Of a DNA stretch of 10,008 nucleotides, positions 5,967-10,008 are shown piece by piece. The notes under the pieces were generated by a model. That model did not search any database. It was not told where the DNA came from and saw only the letters and a program-made list of their open reading frames with translations. The stretch is from Candidatus Caldarchaeales archaeon. GTDB lineage: Archaea > Thermoproteota > Nitrososphaeria_A > Caldarchaeales > Wolframiiraptoraceae. The stretch is taken from NCBI GenBank assembly GCA_039630055.1, contig JBCNVN010000034.1, positions 1 through 10,008 of the forward strand, read 5' to 3'. Within the stretch, counting starts at the first letter, position 1; every line of letters begins with the position of its first letter. The position numbers and the translations under genes are program-made.

Positions 5967-7304
5967 TTATCCTAAACCGATGGCTGCAAACTTTACTCTC
6001 TCAAAATCTCTCGGATCATACAATCTTCTACAATCTAGTAATGCTGGATTCTTCATAATCTTTTCAAGAATCTCTTGTCTCAAAACCTTATACTCTTCCC
6101 AATCTGTAGCTAATATGCATAGATCAGCATCCTGTAAACATTCTTCAATACTTAAAGTATAAGAAACCTTCTCTCCCAAGACCTCCTTAGCTTTCTCTAA
6201 AGCTTTAGGATCATGCACTCTCACCCTCGCTCCAAGTTTTAAGAGTTCCTCAACTAATCTTATAGACCTTGATTCTCTAATATCATCTGTTCCCGGCTTA
6301 AATGCTAAACCTAGCACAGCGATCCTCTTCCCACTTATATTTCCCACTAGCTTCTCAGCTAGAGATAAGGCATTAGCGATTTGAGAATCATTAACCTCTA
6401 TCGTGGCCTCGATTATAGGTAGCCTAACACCTAGCCTCTCCCCAAATTTAAGCAAACCTTTAGTATCTTTTGGAAGACATGAACCACCCCATCCAAGACC
6501 AGCATTTAGAAACTCTCTACCAATCCTCTTATCCATCCCGATACCCTCCGCGACGACTTTTACATCTGCTCCTGGAAGTCTCTGGCAGAGCTGAGAGACC
6601 ATATTTATGAAGCTTATCTTCATTGCGAGGAAAGCATTATTAGCATACTTGATAAGCTCGGCATTTGTAGGAGATGTTACAAGGACGGGAGGCATACTGT
6701 CTCCATGAAAACTTTTATAAAACCTGAGTAGAGCCTCTCCAGAACCTTTATCCAAGCAGCCTATAATGATCCTGTCTGGATTGAAGATATCTTGAAGAGC
6801 TCTGCCCTCTCTTAGAAACTCTGGATTAAAACATAGTCCATAATCTTTTAAACTCTTCCCAGACTCTTCCTCAACAATTTTCTTAACAATATTGATAGTT
6901 GTTCCAGGTGGTACAGTGCTTCTGACCACTATCAGATAGTATCCTTTCTTCTTCAAGCTTCTACCAATATTTCTTGAAGCATCTTCTAGATAGCCTAGAT
7001 CGATATCTCCATCTGGTCTTGAAGGAGTCCCAACACAGATAAAACATATATCAGAACAGTCTAACATCTCCTCATAATTTGAAGTAAGCTTAAGATTACC
7101 TTCTTCTAAAACTTCTCTAAGCAGATCGTTTAACCCCTCCTCATATATTGGCGTAAAGCCTTCCCCAATCAACTTGATCTTCTCATGATCTTTATCGAGT
7201 CCTATGACTCTAAAACCTTTAGAAGCGAGGGCACATGCTAGGGATAGCCCAACATATCCAAGCCCGACTACTGCAACCCTTTCAAGAGTCAAATCTAACT
7301 TCAC
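5967..7304 (-). CDS. ugd: UDP-glucose/GDP-mannose dehydrogenase family protein (likely UDP-glucose 6-dehydrogenase)
   Basis: VVGLGYVG Rossmann motif, CVGTPS, RSTVPPGT, NPEFLREG, AELIKYANNAFLA, catalytic GGSCLPKD, and GLAFKPGTDDIRES. The GTG start overlaps the upstream TGA stop (GTGA at 7304-7301). Confidence 0.95.
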   Translation of the reverse strand: MKLDLTLERVAVVGLGYVGLSLACALASKGFRVIGLDKDHEKIKLIGEGFTPIYEEGLNDLLREVLEEGNLKLTSNYEEMLDCSDICFICVGTPSRPDGDIDLGYLEDASRNIGRSLKKKGYYLIVVRSTVPPGTTINIVKKIVEEESGKSLKDYGLCFNPEFLREGRALQDIFNPDRIIIGCLDKGSGEALLRFYKSFHGDSMPPVLVTSPTNAELIKYANNAFLAMKISFINMVSQLCQRLPGADVKVVAEGIGMDKRIGREFLNAGLGWGGSCLPKDTKGLLKFGERLGVRLPIIEATIEVNDSQIANALSLAEKLVGNISGKRIAVLGLAFKPGTDDIRESRSIRLVEELLKLGARVRVHDPKALEKAKEVLGEKVSYTLSIEECLQDADLCILATDWEEYKVLRQEILEKIMKNPALLDCRRLYDPRDFERVKFAAIGLG

Positions 7305-8251
7305 CTAGATGACTTAAACCAATCAACGTATCTTTTAACCATCTCTTCCAGATCTATTCTCGGAGACCAGCCTAGAACCCTTCTCGCTTTACTATTATCA
7401 GAATAGCTTACAAGCGATTCATGAGGTTCCAGCTCTCTAAAGTTTATCTTAACATTCTTACCAAACTCTTTCATCATCAATTCAGCAACTCTAAGAATGC
7501 TTACAGGCCTGCCGAACCCTATATTAAATATCTCTCCTCCTCCAGCTTTCATCCCCACGGCTACCGTGCCTTCTACAGCATCGGAAACATAGGTAAAATC
7601 GCGTTGAGCAGGTTTAAACTCTCCATCTATCCATCTTCCATTAACATCTACCGGTTCTCCATTAGAAATCTTCTCAGCAAATATCTTAAAGACTATATTC
7701 CCTCTACATCTTTCACCCACTATGTTGAAATATCTGACAATTGGGCATTCAAGTCTATACAGTTCTACGTAGAGTTTACATAACCTCTCTCCGAAAAACT
7801 TGCTTAAAGCATAGGGTCCTCTAGGCCTAGGCTCTAGATCTTCTCTTAGAGGAGGCTCATAATCTCCATAGATACTCGAGCTGGATGTAAAGACTATCTT
7901 TGGAGAAGGCTCAACGATCCTAGCCGCCTCTAACAAGTTCAGTAGAGATATATAGTTATTCTCTAAATAGGTATATGGTTCTCTTATGCTAAGTCTATGG
8001 GAAGCTATTGCAGCTAAATGATATACAAGATCTACCTTGAAAGTCTTCAAGATACTGATCATCGAGTCAAGGTTTCTCATATTAGAGTAGACCAGCCTCA
8101 TCTTATGAGAATTGGGATTCTCGGCAATGTATCTATAATTGTTCTCTGGAGGTCTAGGATGGCTGAGAACCAACAATTCTTCACCCATACTTAAGAGCTT
8201 CTCGACCAAGTGGCTTCCGATAAAACCGAAACCTCCAGTAACCATTATCAA
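7301..8251 (-). CDS. NAD-dependent nucleotide-sugar epimerase/dehydratase (extended SDR), UDP-glucuronate 4-epimerase-like
   Basis: TGGFGFIGSHL, YHLAA, TSSSSIYG, catalytic YALSK, RYFNIVG, RDFTYVSD and FNIGFG. TTG start. Exact substrate is inferred. Confidence 0.9.
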   Translation of the reverse strand: MIMVTGGFGFIGSHLVEKLLSMGEELLVLSHPRPPENNYRYIAENPNSHKMRLVYSNMRNLDSMISILKTFKVDLVYHLAAIASHRLSIREPYTYLENNYISLLNLLEAARIVEPSPKIVFTSSSSIYGDYEPPLREDLEPRPRGPYALSKFFGERLCKLYVELYRLECPIVRYFNIVGERCRGNIVFKIFAEKISNGEPVDVNGRWIDGEFKPAQRDFTYVSDAVEGTVAVGMKAGGGEIFNIGFGRPVSILRVAELMMKEFGKNVKINFRELEPHESLVSYSDNSKARRVLGWSPRIDLEEMVKRYVDWFKSSR

Positions 8252-8278
8252 GGCTTAACGTTAGAGATCTTAAACTAC

Positions 8279-8401
8279 CTAGTTATATACTTGACTTGTA
8301 GGCCAGATTATAATAGATTCCAGATGCTTTCCATAGGGTTTTACGAATTCTTAAGCCAAGTCTAGAAGATCATTCATAAACTTAGATTTTACCGTCCTCA
8401 T
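8279..8401 (-). pseudogene. Possible N-terminal relic of a minimal nucleotidyltransferase (MNT) gene
   Basis: Manual translation MRTVKSKFMNDLLDLA*EFVKPYGKHLESIIIWPTSQVYN*. It resembles the MNT N-terminal helix plus the yg..l.siil(y/f)GS strand, but GS and everything after it are missing. One internal TAA at 8353-8351. Confidence 0.3.
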
Positions 8402-8515
8402 ATCGATATCATCTTAATAATTATCGCTAAACATTTTTCTCATCTTTTCTTCCAACGCTCATCTTCAATCTAGACCTCGATTATGCAATGAATCATGTAG
8501 TAAGACTCATCCCCG

Positions 8516-8860
8516 ATGTACTTGTTTAAATTAATTCTCTATGATTTGGTCAAGAAATATATTGAGAAAGCGTAAAAGTATATTAGACTTCATACTGCGG
8601 TTCTCTCCGGTTCAATAGCTTGTAGAGATCACAGGCCATAGAGCATTCACGATATTCTCTTGAGAAGATCTTGATGAAGATTATATGGAGAGGTTTAAGA
8701 AGCTAATAGAATTAGTAAGTGATGTAAAACCTTCTATTGAGCTGAATCCATATAGGTTGGAAGGCATCTCAATGCTTGAAAGAAAGAATCCGACTATGTA
8801 GATTTAATAGAAGAAGGCATAGTAATTGAAGCAGGATAAGGATATAATAAATTATACTAA
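8516..8860 (+). pseudogene. Degraded minimal nucleotidyltransferase (MNT, Pol-beta superfamily; type VII TA antitoxin-like) pseudogene
   Basis: Stitched translation: MYLFKLILYDLVKKYIEKA*KYIRLHTAVLSGSIACRDHRP*SIHDILL / EDLDEDYMERFKKLIELVSDVKPSIELNPYRLEGISMLERKNPTM / DLIEEGIVIEAG*GYNKLY*. Stops at 8573, 8639 and 8837; frameshifts near 8663 and 8799. It matches the MNT pattern lfGS.ArGd..pwSDiDll ... eR ... ie..pYt.ee...ml...np...daleeG.vi. Confidence 0.72.
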
Positions 8861-9002
8861 ATTACTTAGTAAGGTATCAAGGGATGAAGCATACTGGAAA
8901 ACTCTAGAAAACGAGAAGACTGTTGCTTTTTAGAAGATAAAATCTAGCTAAGAGTATCTCTAGATGGAAATTTTTACAATATTCTTGACTTTTAGCTAAT
9001 AA

Positions 9003-9106
9003 AATATCAACAGCAACATAGACAACGGGTTCTCCTATATCCTATAGTTGTGAAGCCTATTACCATAAGCTACCTTGAAGAAGGAAAGATAATGGAGATG
9101 AGGTGA
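9003..9106 (+). pseudogene. Possible C-terminal relic of another MNT gene
   Basis: Reads ISTAT*TTG / VLLYPIVVKPITISYLEEGKIMEMR* with one frameshift near 9029, resembling the MNT C-terminus etGvli.pivv...eEG..i. Its TGA lies in GAGGTGA (9100-9106), 5 nt before an ATG at 9112. Confidence 0.33.
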
Positions 9107-9107
9107 G

Positions 9108-9974
9108 TTATATGTCTGTCTTTAGAAGTTTATAAGAAATCTCTAAAGCCTCCCAGAATGTCTTAGGATTACCAACATCTAGTCTAGGAATATTGTTAGG
9201 AAGCTTTACAGCCATAACCCTTCTACCCCTCCTTATAAGGCAGCCTATCCCATCCGTAAGCTGTAGTTCTCCACCTTTACCGAGAGGAACCTCTGCTAGA
9301 CATTCAAAGATCTCCCGCTCAAAGATATATACTGGAAGTATAGCGATCTTGGACCATGGTCTATCAGGCTTCTCCTCAACCTCCTCAACTATCCATACAT
9401 CTTCCTCAACCATCTTTCCACCTATAACCCCATAAGGTCTAGGGTCTTCAACCTCCATAACAAGTAGAGTAGCAGAGCAATTGTATCTTGAATGAATATC
9501 GATAAGCCTCCTAATATGTTCTAGATTACTTGAAGCAATATAGGTATCTCCAGCATGAACTATAAATGTTTCGTCAATCAATCTCTTAGCTCTCAGCACT
9601 GCATCTCCAAACCCTTTAGGCTCAGGCTGATTTAAGAATACTATAAGGCTCTTAACTATTTTTTCATAGAAGCCTTCCATCTCAACAGCATAATCATTCT
9701 TATCTCTTCTTCTCAAAAACTCTACAAACTCCAGATCAGGTGTGAAATAATCTTCTATAGCTCTCTTACCTCTACCAACAATTATGAAGAACTCTCCAAT
9801 ACCGATAGAGTATAGCTGCTCGAATATAACCTGTATAAGAGGCTTCAATAATAGTTTACCATGAGAACCTTCTACAAAGATTGGAAGCATCTCTTTCGGG
9901 ATCTCTTTGGTAAGAGGTAGAAGCCTAGTACCCAAACCTGCCGCAGTAATGATCGCCTTCCTAACCCTAGACAT
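9108..9974 (-). CDS. galU: Sugar-1-phosphate nucleotidyltransferase, UTP-glucose-1-phosphate uridylyltransferase (GalU)-like
   Basis: KAIITAAGLGTRLLPLTKEIPKEMLPI, GKRAIEDYF, NQPEPKGFGDAV, HAGD, VEEKP, GELQLTDGI and LDVGNP. Confidence 0.9.
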   Translation of the reverse strand: MSRVRKAIITAAGLGTRLLPLTKEIPKEMLPIFVEGSHGKLLLKPLIQVIFEQLYSIGIGEFFIIVGRGKRAIEDYFTPDLEFVEFLRRRDKNDYAVEMEGFYEKIVKSLIVFLNQPEPKGFGDAVLRAKRLIDETFIVHAGDTYIASSNLEHIRRLIDIHSRYNCSATLLVMEVEDPRPYGVIGGKMVEEDVWIVEEVEEKPDRPWSKIAILPVYIFEREIFECLAEVPLGKGGELQLTDGIGCLIRRGRRVMAVKLPNNIPRLDVGNPKTFWEALEISYKLLKTDI

Positions 9975-9997
9975 CTCAAACAGACTAGAATACTACT

Positions 9998-10006
9998 CTT
10001 AATAAG
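9998..10006 (-). promoter_or_regulatory. Putative TATA box of galU-like gene
   Basis: The minus strand reads CTTATTAAG at -32 to -24 from ATG 9974. Confidence 0.5.
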
Positions 10007-10008
10007 AT

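Noticed and set aside
8441-8515. Minus-strand peptide GDESYYMIHCIIEV* faintly like the HEPN YYAMFH motif
   Set aside because: Too short and degenerate, with no Rx4-6H motif; it cannot be supported without a profile search.
8573-8641. Stop-codon recoding (pyrrolysine/selenocysteine) as an explanation for the in-frame stops in the MNT relic
   Set aside because: The stops are mixed TAA and TAG, come with frameshifts and an eroded catalytic motif, and intact genes use all three stop codons normally; ordinary decay is simpler.
4410-9435. Plus-strand ORFs 4410..4613, 4696..4935, 5980..6162, 6403..6594, 7421..7783 and 9193..9435
   Set aside because: All lie antisense within well-supported minus-strand genes and show no recognisable motifs.
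1-10008. tRNA, rRNA, CRISPR array, IS/transposase
   Set aside because: No cloverleaf or T-loop motif in the intergenic gaps, no regularly spaced 24-40 bp repeats, and no transposase or integrase motifs seen.

Overview
Archaeal chromosomal DNA, probably from a TACK-type lineage. This is inferred from the archaeal uS19/uL2 sequences, TrpB2, archease, and TATA boxes about 25-33 nt upstream of most start codons. There are nine intact genes: rps19 (-), stand-alone trpB2 (+), rpl2 (-), a COG2106/SPOUT1-type RNA methyltransferase (+), archease (-), a single-pass surface protein (-), and a nucleotide-sugar set on the minus strand (GalU-like nucleotidyltransferase, SDR epimerase, UDP-glucose 6-dehydrogenase). 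The ORF track misses several things. The 856-bp gap between the epimerase and galU holds one clear and two weaker decayed minimal-nucleotidyltransferase (MNT) gene relics. The left edge holds the 3' end of an unknown CDS followed by a truncated CxxC mini-ORF. The most notable observations are a dismantled S10 ribosomal-protein cluster with trpB2 sitting antisense between rpl2 and rps19, a divergent peptidyl-transferase-proximal loop in uL2, a TrpB2 with altered active-site-region motifs, a surface protein with an acidic Trp-rich cytoplasmic tail, and strong TCTAGA over-representation. I saw no tRNA, rRNA, CRISPR array or transposase, and I cannot claim a clearly new multi-gene system from this window alone.
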